A stretch of 64,000 bases of DNA, from NCBI GenBank assembly GCA_905178155.1, contig CAJINV010000001.1, positions 13,904,664 through 13,968,663 of the forward strand, in the 5' to 3' direction. Below the pieces are notes generated by a model. It had not been told where the DNA came from. It worked only from the letters and a program-made list of their open reading frames with translations, and made no database searches. The DNA is from Amoebophrya sp. A120 (lineage: Eukaryota; Protista; Dinoflagellata). Each line of letters starts with the position of its first letter. Position 1 is the first letter of the stretch. The position numbers were made by a program, and so were the translations under genes. This document shows, piece by piece, positions 1 to 12,487 of this stretch.

Positions 1-17
1 AGGATAAAGAATCGCTG

Positions 18-1016
18 TTGATGTCGAACGGAGAAATAACGAAGCCACGACGGCCCCGGCCGCTTTCACGCGGGCCGAGCTCTCATTCAGAAGCACAAGA
101 GAAGCCGCGCACGTCGACGCAGTCACCCCGGGGTCGCAGTCGTAGCTTGAGTCGTAAGGCCTCCTCATCTCCCTCTTGTCGGATCAGTAGCAGAGGAGCT
201 AAAACAGCACGGGGATATGGGTCGCGCGCTTCTCGAAAAATGTCCAGGTCTCCTGACTCGTTCACTTCATCTGCGATGAAGCTGAAAGGAAGTAGTATCT
301 CGACACCCAGTGGCGGCAAGGGGGCTAGCGAAAGCGCGAGTGCAGCAACGCGGTATTCCGTCGCAGACTTCAAAACTGGATGGAAACGGTTGGCAGATTC
401 GCGCAACCCCAGCGAGTGGGGAGGTCCAGCGGTTGTACGCCGCACGCGTATTTTCAAGGAGGACAGTATTCTTGGCAGCGACAATTTGCAGGGAGTTACT
501 GGAGTAGACCAAAGACAATCCCTAGACGACAAATTAGAAAGCCTCCTCCAACAGGAACGGCACGATCCGAACCGTGCCCGATTGTCAATGGATTTTTTGC
601 CCAGAGCTTTCGAAGTGCTCGAAGGCGGTGCTGGCACCTTTCGCACGGAAAAGAAGGCACTGAACACCCAGGAATCTTCATCAGGCGACAACAGAGCATC
701 CATTTGGTCGTCTCCGAACACAAAAAAACACCACGTACGCATTCCAGGCGTGGACGGCTTTGTGTTCTATCACGAGCGGTTGCGTCTTACGGGGGACACC
801 ATTGCCGGAAAGGGTGGGGGGAACCACCAACACAACGTGGGCTTCATCGGTAGCACTCCGATAGGATCCCGCGGCAAAAATAAGGCAGCAGCGACCCTAC
901 AAACGCGAGGACATCAGACGATCTTGGACAAGGTTCTGTTGCAGCCGTTGTCATTACAGCTGCCCACGAGCCTCGACTTGAAGAAAAATCACGGCGGTGC
1001 ACCAGCATTGGAGTGA
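18..1016 (+). CDS. Hypothetical Ser/Arg-rich protein (probably last exon of a gene starting upstream of the window)
   Basis: 332-codon ORF followed by AT-richer UTR-like sequence; no recognisable domain. Confidence 0.4.
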   Translation: MMSNGEITKPRRPRPLSRGPSSHSEAQEKPRTSTQSPRGRSRSLSRKASSSPSCRISSRGAKTARGYGSRASRKMSRSPDSFTSSAMKLKGSSISTPSGGKGASESASAATRYSVADFKTGWKRLADSRNPSEWGGPAVVRRTRIFKEDSILGSDNLQGVTGVDQRQSLDDKLESLLQQERHDPNRARLSMDFLPRAFEVLEGGAGTFRTEKKALNTQESSSGDNRASIWSSPNTKKHHVRIPGVDGFVFYHERLRLTGDTIAGKGGGNHQHNVGFIGSTPIGSRGKNKAAATLQTRGHQTILDKVLLQPLSLQLPTSLDLKKNHGGAPALE

Positions 1017-1623
1017 TTGACCGTGTTGTATACATCATCTCCTGGATCTGTGTCTTGTAAACTCATCTCTTGGAACACTACGAAGATGCCGTAGCGACTT
1101 TGCTAATGTACTTTTTTGTTTGTCACACTTTTCCTTTTGTTGTTGTTTGTAAATAGAAGTAGCTTCAGATTCAGTGCCAATACCCATAGTTTCAGCTAGG
1201 TTAAAACAGTAATACAGTTTCCATCAGGATTAGTGCACGCAAAAGTAAAAGAGTAAGAGTCATCATCATACATGAATGAATGTTAAGAAAGTTAAAGTGA
1301 AATGCACACAGTCTGAGTTTATTGATCATGGTTAATAGTTTTCAAAGTTTCAGAACGCCTTGCCTTTGCGTGGTGGACAGAAATCTGTACGACGAAGGAA
1401 TCTTTTTTTGCGGTTCAATGCAGCAGAGTGTTGCAGCAGCTGGACGAATGAATCCAAGCGCTACGATGTGTGTCAGCCGCAGCCCGGAACGGTTTTGAAA
1501 GCTGCACGATGAACTCGTTATCGAGTTTTGATGGAGAGTGAGTTGTTGCTCGAGACAGTTTTGCTTGATTATGCTGCAGCTTGAGCGCTAGCTACGCATA
1601 GAGGGTGCACGAGGGCAGATGAC

Positions 1624-3141
1624 TTGAAAAATTTGTTGATGAGAGGTTGTTGTTTGATTCTCCCCTTAGTATGTACGCAGACCATCATGGCGCCATCGAT
1701 ACGGCCTCACTGTGCAACAACTGCCGCTGCATTCTGGCCTCGGAAGTCGTGCTACGGGACGCGTTTGTTCTTCCACGGGAAGATGCTAGTATCACTTCTG
1801 CTCTATCTTCACGGTCTAGGTGCGCCAGCCGCCGCAGGAACAACCGACGCACTGAGCACCGTGTTCTCCGCCGGAGATGAGACGCACGACAGCGCCGCGC
1901 TGACGGCAGAGCTCCTGCGGGACACGGAGGTGTTACGGTATGCCATGCCGGACGTGAAAGTTCTGGAGAACGGGTGCTCGGTTTCGCAGTACGAGACGGT
2001 CCAGTGCGACTGCTGTTTGCGACATTTCACGCACTACCGACAGCTGGAGACCTACGCTCATGACGGCAGGTTGCGGTGCCGCGAGTACATCGACGTGCGG
2101 GCGGACGTTCCGCCCGAGTGCCAAGTGGACACACCGGTGACCCCGGCGTCCCAGAATGCCGTCCTGAAAGCCTTGCTGCAGCAGCGCGCGGCGCGGCTCA
2201 GCGACAACGCCGACGAGGGGATGGTTCAGGAGAAGGAGCAAGCCTTCAAAGAGGCGCTGGACAAGTATGTGGTGGACGTGCTGAGCTTCGGCCCGGAGCC
2301 CGGGAGATCGAAGCACATTTGGCCGCGGATCCGGTGTGACGACGGTCGGTTAGTTTGCGAGTGTCCGGACGAGTTGGGCAGTGCGGTGGATGACGCGCTC
2401 AAAGACGACCAGAAGCGGTGCACAGAAGAGGCGCAGCGCTGCGTGCCGTACACAGAGGACCAAATCAAAAACCCGTTCTCGAACTTCCGCCTGCACGAAC
2501 TCCCCACCTACGAAACCTTCGCCACCCGGTACCACAACGCGCGGCTGTGGACGGCGCCAGACACTGGCCTCCCGAAGGACGACTTGCTTGCGCAGCAGCA
2601 GAAAACACTGCCGCACTGCCGAGATACAGATACTAGCACAAGTACTGGTGCAGGGGACAAGCAAGCGGTCGTTACCTCCTCCCCGGCTTCGTCTCCATCA
2701 CTTCCACCCGGAAACGCTGCACCGCCGGTGGTAACCGCCGCGACTCTGCGGGCGCCGCGGACTTCGCTCGGGTTTTTCCGGTGCAAGTATCTGCCACTGA
2801 AATTCTGCGAGAGGCACTACGTGCGGTACACCATCAAACGCAAAAGTGACGAAGAAGAGAATGGGTTCTGGCGCTGCGTCGTGCAGGATGACGCCCTGAG
2901 TGGAACAAGGCCAGGGGCATGGGGGGAAAAAAACGCCGCGGCCACGCGACCAGCAGCAGTGCCAAGAACGTGTCCGGCCACGATATTCCTGCAACACGTG
3001 ATCAAACGACGCAACCGAGAGGCGCAATACGCGGCTATGCGCCGGGCTTTCAATCCAGGCATCGTCATGAACCATGGGCCCCAGAAGCCCGACGAACAGG
3101 AGCTAAAACCTGCTGAGGACCTTTCGCATCCAGACCTTTGA
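1624..3141 (+). CDS. Hypothetical Cys-rich, probably secreted protein (likely start MLVSLLLYLHGLGAPAAA near 1782)
   Basis: 505-codon ORF with coding-like composition, hydrophobic signal-like segment and scattered Cys. Confidence 0.55.
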   Translation: MKNLLMRGCCLILPLVCTQTIMAPSIRPHCATTAAAFWPRKSCYGTRLFFHGKMLVSLLLYLHGLGAPAAAGTTDALSTVFSAGDETHDSAALTAELLRDTEVLRYAMPDVKVLENGCSVSQYETVQCDCCLRHFTHYRQLETYAHDGRLRCREYIDVRADVPPECQVDTPVTPASQNAVLKALLQQRAARLSDNADEGMVQEKEQAFKEALDKYVVDVLSFGPEPGRSKHIWPRIRCDDGRLVCECPDELGSAVDDALKDDQKRCTEEAQRCVPYTEDQIKNPFSNFRLHELPTYETFATRYHNARLWTAPDTGLPKDDLLAQQQKTLPHCRDTDTSTSTGAGDKQAVVTSSPASSPSLPPGNAAPPVVTAATLRAPRTSLGFFRCKYLPLKFCERHYVRYTIKRKSDEEENGFWRCVVQDDALSGTRPGAWGEKNAAATRPAAVPRTCPATIFLQHVIKRRNREAQYAAMRRAFNPGIVMNHGPQKPDEQELKPAEDLSHPDL

Positions 3142-3883
3142 AGATTTTACCGCTGAATGCGACAGCAGACGTCATTAGCTTTACGCGCTTGCATATTAAC
3201 GCAAAGTGCAGACACGGCTCTTGCTTCCTGCCACTGGACACTTGACACAGGATTTTGTCCATGTTTGACCATATCGATATCATCCAACGCTGAGCACAGC
3301 CGGCGAGCGTTTGCAATCGCAGAAGATCACAGCGAGCTGGCGTCTGGTGCTGCTCCGAAAAAGTTCGCATCGTGTTGTCGTCGTGCCTGGGCACTACTTG
3401 TACTTTCGCGCTGGTGGCAAGGTCGATCGTGTTGTAGGTTTTCTCCCTAGAAAGTCGTCCCTATCATATAATCTCGAAGTGTCGACGTCGATTTCCAGTT
3501 CGATTTTGATTCTTATCCCCGTTCAGTTCGCTTAAAGAGTAAGAGAAGAGTGCGCAAAAAGATGCATCTCGTTTCGTCGCATCGTTGTCGGTAGCGGTGA
3601 CTAAAGTGTAGAGGAGCAGGCACAGCGATTGCTACAAGTAGCGGTTAGCATCTTCATCGCAATGTGGATGTCGATGTGCATGCACCTACTGTGTCACATT
3701 TATCCTTTTTCGTCCGGCGCGAACCACGTTTCGCTATCGTTGCCAAAAGGCACAATCTTCTGAAGACAGGCGATAAGCAATGAGATCATACCACTTAAAA
3801 AACGAGTAGTTCTACAGTTCTTTGAATTTGATGCGACAAATAGAAAAGAGAATCCGATTTTAGTAGACAAGTACGTCAGCATT

Positions 3884-4786
3884 ATGTCGTCCACCCGGTA
3901 TTTGGAAGTGCACCCCGGTGGGGTATTTGACATTGCCGTGATGACCGGCCTCTCTTCTGCCATCGGCCTCGGATACATTCCTTTTTGCGAACCGTACATC
4001 AAATTTGTGCAAATCGGGGTTGCGGTCGCCAGTGGCCACTTGACCGGCCAGTACTACGACTTCCGCCAACGCATGCACCGGCGCGCCCTTTTCCAAGAAA
4101 TTGCGCGCCGCGAGACGGTCCGACTAAAGAAGAGCATCAAGTTGCGCGACGCCGTCGCGTATTTGTACGGAACGCTGGCCTTCGTCTTGCAAAAAACCTC
4201 CGCCTTCTTGGAGAGGAAAACCCAGGCCGGACTCTCTTCGAAAGACATGGCAAAACAGACTCGCTTTCTCAATAGCATGTGCGAGACGGTGCAGCCGTCG
4301 GAGCGCAAGTACGAGCCGTTCCCGCGGGCGCTCACCACCGCCCAGCACGCCGTTGCGGCGTGCGTCTTCGTGTTCGAGAAGTGGCAAGACACGTTCAAAT
4401 GCTACGTTCAGGAATCTGCAATGATGAATTTGGTCTCGCCAGTTTCGACCTATCTGTCTTCGATCGACCGGCACAACGTGCGGGAGACGATTCGCGCCCT
4501 CGCCGCGCACCCAGTGTGGCGGAAGGGAGCCGAGGTTTGGGGAAAGAACCTGCTTGTGCCGCAGCTGTGCCAGATGTTTCTCGCCGTTCTCGATGTGTGT
4601 CTGCAGACCGCACAACTCCCGAACTTGCGAAAGTGGTGGCGCGGACAAACGCCGACGTTGCTCGAATGCACCTCGGTGGGCGAAAGGGCTGTGCGCTGTT
4701 TGGAAGTGGTCAAACGCTTGCTAGCGTTGAATCGCGCTAAAATGTGGCGACCGCAAGCCAGGTATAATGCTTGGCGATTCATCTGA
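3884..4786 (+). CDS. Hypothetical protein (possible N-terminal membrane segment; 5' end uncertain)
   Basis: 300-codon ORF with coding-like codon usage; no family recognised. Confidence 0.55.
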   Translation: MSSTRYLEVHPGGVFDIAVMTGLSSAIGLGYIPFCEPYIKFVQIGVAVASGHLTGQYYDFRQRMHRRALFQEIARRETVRLKKSIKLRDAVAYLYGTLAFVLQKTSAFLERKTQAGLSSKDMAKQTRFLNSMCETVQPSERKYEPFPRALTTAQHAVAACVFVFEKWQDTFKCYVQESAMMNLVSPVSTYLSSIDRHNVRETIRALAAHPVWRKGAEVWGKNLLVPQLCQMFLAVLDVCLQTAQLPNLRKWWRGQTPTLLECTSVGERAVRCLEVVKRLLALNRAKMWRPQARYNAWRFI

Positions 4787-4895
4787 TTTGCTTTTTTTCA
4801 TACTTGTACAACTAGACACCTGATCTGAAGGTAACATGATTCATCAGAAAATCTCTGTTTTTAAATGAACCCGCATAATCCCACAACCACGCAGC

Positions 4896-7800
4896 GTGCA
4901 GCTGGCCGCTTTATTGGCACAGTACCGAGCGGAGCAAGAGCAGTCGGATTACAACCATGCGCAAGAAGAAGATGCAGGAAACGTCGAAGAGGACTTGGAC
5001 GGTGGAGTCAGTCTCGCTCTGGAAAACAGCAATATGGGGCTGCTTGACGACGATTTTCAAGAACAGGACTTTGACGATGGCAACGTGCTGCCGCAGCAAG
5101 CCCAAGGCCGGCGGCGTCGGAAGAAAAACGATCTCCGAGCGGGCGACGAGCTTGTGCTGAGTTCGTACTGGACATACGGGGGAGCACCATCTTCTTCCGC
5201 GGACGGCGCAAGCACTAGTTCATCCGGAAATCTGAATTTTCTGTACAATGTCGTTTCCCGAGCAGCAGGTCGGAGTTCCGCCGCCGTTCCTGGGCCGACC
5301 GGCGTAGTGACACTCGCAAAAGATCCGCTTCTGCGCAAGGTGTGGGCAACGCCTCTCCCGGACGCCCCGATGGTGGTGCGCAATTGGAGCCCGTGCACGG
5401 TCGGTGCTCGACTGTACCGCTTGGGCGAATCGCCGCTGGACGAGAAACGGGGGGCCGTGTATGACGGCATGCCGAATTTTCTGCGCATGCTGTGGGATCC
5501 GGTTCCGATCACGCAAACCCGGATTAAGCCCCGCAGCGAGTGGATCGTCCGCCCGCCGCCGCGCCGCGACGCGATCTTCGACGAAGGAGACCGAAATGAT
5601 GGCACAACTAGCAAAAATACGGATCATGGCCCGGGTGAGCCGCGTGGGACCGGTGTTGAGGCCGCTATGCAGAACAAAGCGAGCAGCGGGAGCAAGAACA
5701 GCAAGAAGACTGCGAGCAAGGAGTCCTCGTGGGATCCACTGAAGATTGCCCCGGGCGACTACGAGTTTGAGCTTGTCCTGTTCAGCATGGATGGTGTCGT
5801 ACTGGACGAGTACATTTTGTCCCGCGGAGAGACTTACGATTTCGACGTCGAGCGGCCGCCGAAGCCGCCACGAATGATCGAGCAATACTGCCCGCCGAAG
5901 CAAATTGCCGAAGATGTTTCCCCAGGTATTATCGAAGCCGGCGAAGGTGAAATAATGGCAATCGAAGACGAGGATGCACTGACGAAGGCGATGAAAAACG
6001 CACTTTCATCGGATCCACAAGGGGAAAAGGAGGATAATGGCAGCTCCGCTGCCACTGCGTTCCCGTTGCCCCAGAAGATGAACCACGGTCGTGCACCACC
6101 AGTACCTATTTCCCTAACCTCCACTATGCGCGGCGCAGCCCTGGCACCGTCTTCGGAGGGCGGCAGTGCCAGCGAGATTCTCGGAGGTGCGGAGGGAAGC
6201 GCGAGCGAGCCGGCCACAAGCAAGGCTGCTGGTGGTGTTGGCGCGTCAGCGTCCTCCTCCTCAGTCGGGAACAACAGGCTCAACAGAGACCCACAGGGTA
6301 CGATCCTCTTCGGCGGGGTCTCCTCCACGGAGAGCGCGGATGACCGAGCACTTGGATCCTCAACCACTTCGGCCAGACCGCACCTGAAAGTGCCACCGTT
6401 TCTTTTCTACGCTGATCCTGGGAAAACGCCTGAAGGCGAGGACCGCGAGTTGATGTGCGTGCCGGTGAAAGAAGTGGTAACCGGAATAACACCAGCAGCA
6501 GAACAAGCGAGAAATAGACCCACTGATGATCATGATACTGGCGGAATAAAAAACGGAGAGCATGGGGCGGACGGCCGAGAGGACTTTGAGTACGATAGGA
6601 ACAGAAGATCAGCAGGTGGCAAGGTGGAAAACGAAAAAGACATCGGAGCCTGGAACGACAGGAATCGCAACCGGGATGACAATCAAAATGCTCAGCGTTA
6701 CTACAACGAAGATCAAGAATACTTTTGGCAAAACGCAAGTGGTGCCTGGAACTACAACGGTAGCTCAAGGAGCAGCGAAAAAGACGGAATGCAAACCTCG
6801 TCCTGGTCGGTTTCCCGCGCCGCGACCTCGCGGATGCTTTTCGGGGAGGTGGAACAAGATGACTCTACTTACACCGACAATGGTGCCACTGCGTCGGGAT
6901 CGTTCGCCGATGAGGGGCAGCGCCGCGCCCAGAAGCCTACACCGCTTCCGCCCGCGCAGAGACGGTGGCGGCGGTTGCCGCAGCGCGTGATGCTGGAGGA
7001 GTTTTCGAACTACCCAGAATGCACCCTGTGCCCCCGGTGCTTGCGCAGAATGGACCGGTACTTCGGCGTGGCGCAACTCGACGCGAAGATGTACTGTCGG
7101 GGCGTGGACTGTGACGGGTGCGACCGAAAGCGCCTCGACGTGAATCCGATGTATTTGGACGAGCGGGGGAGCTTCGTGCTGTTCTACCCGGAAAGTGACG
7201 ACGAAGATGCGGAGAGGGACCACAAAACGACGGCTGGCCCGGCCGCTGCCCTGCACCAGGCATACGAATACCTATCGGCCGCAGCCGGGACCCTCACCGG
7301 CTGGGGTCCTCGTGCTGGCGATGTTGCTGCTGCGACTGAAGAAGAGAACAGCATCGGTGCAAGAAGGCGGGCTTCTAAAAAAGGATCGTCCACGACCGAA
7401 AGAAAAGCGGAAAAACATGCGAACTCGTGGAAGGAGTACGACACGCCCGAGTACAGCTTTTCGAGCGAAAGCAAGAAGACCCGCGACAAAAACGAGGAGG
7501 CGTCTACTTCCCTGCAGACCATCGACCGGTCGCTTTTCCACGTACGGTCAGATATCGCAGAGGAACTGAGCGAAGAACGCGATTTGTTCCCGCCCGCAAG
7601 GTCAGCCGTGTTGGACCAATCGGGTTCTTCGTGGCAGGAGGAAGAGGATGAGGAGGCAGACCTGGTGACCTTTGAGAAGAGCAAAGCACTCGCAAAGCGG
7701 TTTTTGCCGGTTCGTCTTGCCACCGCGGTCGGGCGAAAGCTCTTCGCTTTCGGTAGTGACGAGAGGGATGATGCAACTGGCAAGCGAAGAAGACGGAGGA

Positions 7801-7946
7801 ACACTCCGGGGGAACCGCTCTTGCCACGACCGAATTCGGAGGAAGAGAATGTGCAGCCGTTTTTCCATTGCCAGCGCTGCAACTACGACCTCTGCAAACC
7901 ATGTGCGATAAACAGCCTGCAACGCAGCTGGTGGACCGACGATTAA
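4896..7946 (+). CDS. Large low-complexity protein with split ZZ-type zinc-finger-like motifs
   Basis: 1016-codon ORF; CTLCPRC...CRGVDCDGC and C-terminal FFHCQRCNYDLCKPC (ZZ-like CxxC..YDLCxxC). Confidence 0.65.
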   Translation: MQLAALLAQYRAEQEQSDYNHAQEEDAGNVEEDLDGGVSLALENSNMGLLDDDFQEQDFDDGNVLPQQAQGRRRRKKNDLRAGDELVLSSYWTYGGAPSSSADGASTSSSGNLNFLYNVVSRAAGRSSAAVPGPTGVVTLAKDPLLRKVWATPLPDAPMVVRNWSPCTVGARLYRLGESPLDEKRGAVYDGMPNFLRMLWDPVPITQTRIKPRSEWIVRPPPRRDAIFDEGDRNDGTTSKNTDHGPGEPRGTGVEAAMQNKASSGSKNSKKTASKESSWDPLKIAPGDYEFELVLFSMDGVVLDEYILSRGETYDFDVERPPKPPRMIEQYCPPKQIAEDVSPGIIEAGEGEIMAIEDEDALTKAMKNALSSDPQGEKEDNGSSAATAFPLPQKMNHGRAPPVPISLTSTMRGAALAPSSEGGSASEILGGAEGSASEPATSKAAGGVGASASSSSVGNNRLNRDPQGTILFGGVSSTESADDRALGSSTTSARPHLKVPPFLFYADPGKTPEGEDRELMCVPVKEVVTGITPAAEQARNRPTDDHDTGGIKNGEHGADGREDFEYDRNRRSAGGKVENEKDIGAWNDRNRNRDDNQNAQRYYNEDQEYFWQNASGAWNYNGSSRSSEKDGMQTSSWSVSRAATSRMLFGEVEQDDSTYTDNGATASGSFADEGQRRAQKPTPLPPAQRRWRRLPQRVMLEEFSNYPECTLCPRCLRRMDRYFGVAQLDAKMYCRGVDCDGCDRKRLDVNPMYLDERGSFVLFYPESDDEDAERDHKTTAGPAAALHQAYEYLSAAAGTLTGWGPRAGDVAAATEEENSIGARRRASKKGSSTTERKAEKHANSWKEYDTPEYSFSSESKKTRDKNEEASTSLQTIDRSLFHVRSDIAEELSEERDLFPPARSAVLDQSGSSWQEEEDEEADLVTFEKSKALAKRFLPVRLATAVGRKLFAFGSDERDDATGKRRRRRNTPGEPLLPRPNSEEENVQPFFHCQRCNYDLCKPCAINSLQRSWWTDD

Positions 7947-9414
7947 AATGGGGCAAACATTTTTGATCGCAAATTACACAGTCCCGCCGGCACTGCGTCA
8001 CCAGTGCCACGAGCGCGACACGGCAGGACGACTCCTTGTTCTTCTACGACCCATCCTTGGCGTATAAACTCATACGTTAGTTTCTTGCACTTGCACTTTT
8101 GCACCCCTATGCCTATGCAGCTAATGGATTCTGCTCAGCTGCAATATCTGTAGGATTTTCTTGAATGATGAGACGTATGCTTATGCAGAACTGATTTTTG
8201 ATTTTGTTTCGATTTCGTAGATCTAGATGCTCGTAGGGTAGTAACGAGCGTCAACAGATTCAGATGCAGGGTAGCTGTTCTGTATTGTGATTTACATGCT
8301 CCGCGTGATGACTTCTTCTTGCACAACCACTCTGGTGGATAATTTCGTTGTCACCGCGATGTGATTGCAACCAAAAACGGAGACGAGAGTTTCGCGCTGG
8401 CTTTGACCGAGGATGGGCTTCGCCTTAATCTGTAGGCTTTCGACAGCCTGTTTGGTGTACAGTGTGGGTAGTGTGTTCTTCGTGCTCAGGAATAAATTGC
8501 AAAAAAAATTGTATTGAGGTCTCGTTGATGTTCTTTTTCGTAGTGTGGAACATGATAAGTCGTGCCTTCGGATTTTACTCGTCGTTTTCGTCGTAGATTC
8601 GTACTTTACTAGGAACATCAATATCACTCTTTCTCGAGCGAGCGAAACTAGCGGAGATACGATGGGTCAAATGTCGTGGTGGAGCAAATAAACAAAACTA
8701 CATCGGGATAGCTGCTGCAGGAACGAAACAAATCGCCGAGCGACACAGAGAGAAATCGTTCGGTAGTGCTGTCGCAAAAATGTAATTAGTCCGTTTCTCC
8801 GCAGGGTGGCTAGCGTAATGTCGATAGATAGACTTTCATCTTCATCTAGGGAAGCCTGGCGAAGAAGCGAGAGATCGGCCATGCGCCGTTAGAAATTCTG
8901 TGTCTCGCGAGGAGGCGGCAACAATAATATTGCGCAAAGCATTCTGCTGACACTTCAAGACCCAGGTCAAGGAGTACACCGACAAAATAAACAGTGCAAT
9001 CTCGAGAAGCAAGACGATCGAAGACGAAGATACCGGCAGTCAGGGAGCGGCGGATTGTGGCTCAGTATCTATCCGAAGAAAAGTAGGACCGAGTCTCGAC
9101 GTAGAGCAGAACAAGATACCGGAACTGCTGTCTACTCTTCTCATCGCGTCGCGGCCTTTTTTTCGGCAAGACCAAGAGATACCCCGCACCACTTCTACAG
9201 CGCTACTTACTTCTAGCCTCCTACAACGGATTCCGCTTCTGTGTCAGAGTACGTGACGTCTTTTCCACACACGTTTTGACCCACGCCTGCGCTCCAGTGG
9301 CGTTTTACCCGGTTCGCTTCTCCATCTCCTGATCTTCGCCTCGAAGCATCGATCCGGCGCACCTGCATTTTGGCTGCTCCGTCGTGAGTACTAGGGGAAA
9401 ATAAAGCAACCACC

Positions 9415-12400
9415 ATGCCGGAGGACGCGAGTCCACCGGGGTCACCCCTCGCAGGGGTGGTCGACAAGCGAAAACACTTGCAGCACAGCGCGATTATGGG
9501 CCGACTAGGCACACTGTCCCCAAAGGCCGTTTCACCCATCAAGATGCGACCAAAGTCAGCAGGTGAGTAGCCTTCTTACATCAGCTAAGGTTTGTTAGAA
9601 GTGGCTTTGTAAGTAGCTTAAATCAACTAATCAGAACATCAACATTCAGATAATTTACGCACCGTTTTTTAATTTCGCACATCCACGCGCCGCATAGACT
9701 GAGAAGCAGATTTCGATTTGCAGTTTCGTTCGTTTCTCGGTCTTCTCGAGGAAAATGTGTCTGACATTTCGAAAACAAAAAATAACTATAACAGGCTCAG
9801 TCCATGGCTCTGAGACGAGTTCACAGCGAAGGGGGAAGCAAATAAGTGAGAAGAGATTACAGAAGCTACTCTACCTCAAGCAGCGCGAGGAAATGAAAGA
9901 CGCGCTCTTACTACAGGTACGACTTCTTTGTAGAGGTTTCAAATTCAAAAGCCGCCTACTTCTCATGGATGGACGAGCGGATGCTTTGTCAAATATGCCA
10001 CCCGTCGTGTTTCTCTACGACTCCGAAAAACAAGAAACCAAAACGAAAACATTAACATCTATCTTCAGGTAAAGGAGAAGTACTTCGAAGAGCATCCGGA
10101 GGCGAAGGCTAAGATGCGGGGAAAGTCAAAAACTCTGGACAGCATCATCGAGGGCCAAGTCGCCGATTTCCAGGAGCAAAACGCGAAGCTATCGAAAGAA
10201 AACTTGGACAGGTTGCTAAAACGGGTGGACAACGAAACAAAAGACGAGGAGGACAAGAGGAGCCACATGTCAGAGTATAATCGCTCCTCGAGTAAAAACT
10301 ACGTGTTTCTGACCCCTTCTTCAAATTTGCGTATTAAAGTACAACTATTCTTGCGGCTCTTCGAGCAGCGCGAATTAGTAGTGGAAAAGGAACAAATTAC
10401 ACTCGACGTGACGCACACCCACTCCCACACGCAGGTACTCGCACCTGTCGCAGCTGTCACACGCAAGTCAAGCCGACAGTGTCCGGGCGCATATCGAGCG
10501 CCTGGCGGCTGCCAGGGGCGAGGGCAAGGAAGGCGAAGAGGGTGGGGAGGAGAAGACAGGCGAGCGTCCCGCTACTACGATAGAAGACCTCATGGGCTTC
10601 AACTGGGTGCGCCTCGATGACTACCAGGATCGATTAGCGGCAGACGAAGACGCCGTGAAAAAAGCCAAAGTTGAGGAGACAAAGGTACTCTTTCTCTTGA
10701 TGTTTCTTTTCCAGGAGCGGTTTTCTGCTCTTCGCTCCTTCGATGTATGGATGTGTGTTGGATCGCTAGTACCTTTTAAGTTGATCGGGATGAATCTGAA
10801 TTGCTATTCTTGCAACGTAAACTTCAACTTCTTATTGCAGGAAAAATACACGAAATTTTTGGACAACCAAGTGCAAGTGCGAACGGACAGAATATCGAAG
10901 GAAAAATATGAGGAAAGTCTCTGGAAATATGTCATCGAGGAAGAAAACGAACGGGTGAAGCACGAAGATGAAGTGAAACAAGCCCACATTAAATACCTAG
11001 CAGAACGAGAATCGAAGGAGCGTGACGAGGCAGCTGCGTTGAAACAGGCCAGGATCGAGGCTGAAAAGGAACAGGTACGATAATTTCCACGTCGCATTGC
11101 ATCAGAAGTATGCGCTTCAGAAATGGCTTCAGAAAATAAAGGCAGCTCAGATAATGCATGCTCGTGAGTGCTGTGCATGTGCTGGTGCTCCGAGTAATAT
11201 GTGCAAGCCGCAATGTTGATTTTCACAATACAGATCCGCCAGGAAGATATCAGATTGTTGGCCAAGGTGCAGCGCGAGATTGAAGAAGCACTGAGGAAAG
11301 AGGAAATCGCAAAAGCGGAGAAAAAAGCCGTGTTCATGAAGGTATCGACTTCTTCTACACATAGAAGCGCCATCGAATTTTCGTCTTGCAAGGCCTGGCG
11401 CTCCCATCACTGAAAAAATGCCGTTGCTTCAATTTGAAAACAAAAAAAAAAACAGGTTAAGAAGGACATTGACATAGCAAAGAAGCATAAAGAAGAGGAG
11501 GAGCTAAAGCGCAAGGAGGAGGAGATGAAACGGGCAAAGGCATATAATAAACTTCTCCTACAGCAAGAGGAAGAGAAAAAGCGCGAACTGGAAAGGAGAA
11601 ATGCTAGACAGAAGGTACTAGAGGTTTTTTGATAAATCTCGCGTATCATGAGAATGACTTTTCTCCAATTTCTATGAGAAAATGGAGGGGAGAATGTGGA
11701 GATCCGAAGTAAATTTGGACACTTTTTCCGGTTTTCCTATAATAAGAATAACCTTCGCCACGTTCACGACCGCATTACAACTACAGGAACTTATGGACAA
11801 GATGAAGAGCACTGTGGCGAAGGCTGCGGCAAGCAAGGGCGCCGAGGACGAGCGCCGCGCGAACGCGCAGCGGAAGGAGAAGGAGGATCTCGCCGAGGAA
11901 AACGAGGTCAACAAGGTCGAGAAGCTCCGTAAAATGCGCGAAGAAACCCGCGATTACGTCCTCATGCAGATGGCAATAAAGAATGGGAAGCGCCAGATGC
12001 ACAGCGAGGTACGAAGATTTTCATTTTTGTATTGACGCTTTAATATGAATTGCAAAAACTAATGCTAAAGCACAAATGACCGTGCAAGAACTTCACTTGC
12101 ACCATTCCCTTGTGTAGGCTACGTAGGGAAGATGACTGAAGATTTTCGCACGGTTGGAGGTTCTTGTTCTCGTTCAGAAATAAGTGAAAACCAAACATCC
12201 GCATCACTCACTCCTACCTGTGTACAACTTCTCTACTAATCCAGGTCAAAGCAGCTCAAGGTGGCATTTTGCTTGAGGACGCCGAATCGTTCTACGCAGA
12301 CAAGGAAAAGGAAAAGGAGATCAAGGTCGCGAAGGGTCAGGCCTACGTAAAGGAGTTGCGGGAGCAGATCAAGGAGCGGGCGGCGCGGAAGGTGTCCAAC

Positions 12401-12487
12401 ATGTCCGCGGAGGAAGTGCGTCTGAACAAAAACTTGATCGACAAAGTCATCGACGACGAGATCAAACGAGGCATCCTGCAGCCCTGA
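9415..12487 (+). CDS. Multi-exon E/K/R-rich coiled-coil protein (trichohyalin-plectin-homology/flagellar-associated-like)
   Basis: ATG at 9415; about 9 exons joined in frame by GT-AG introns (e.g. 9563-9794, 10275-10434); ORF pieces 10114, 10592, 11201, 11682 and 12269 are charged helical segments. Confidence 0.6.

Noticed and set aside
9367-9376. CATTTTGGCT upstream of an ATG as a relic spliced leader
   Set aside because: Only 10 nt match and it lacks the terminal CAAG
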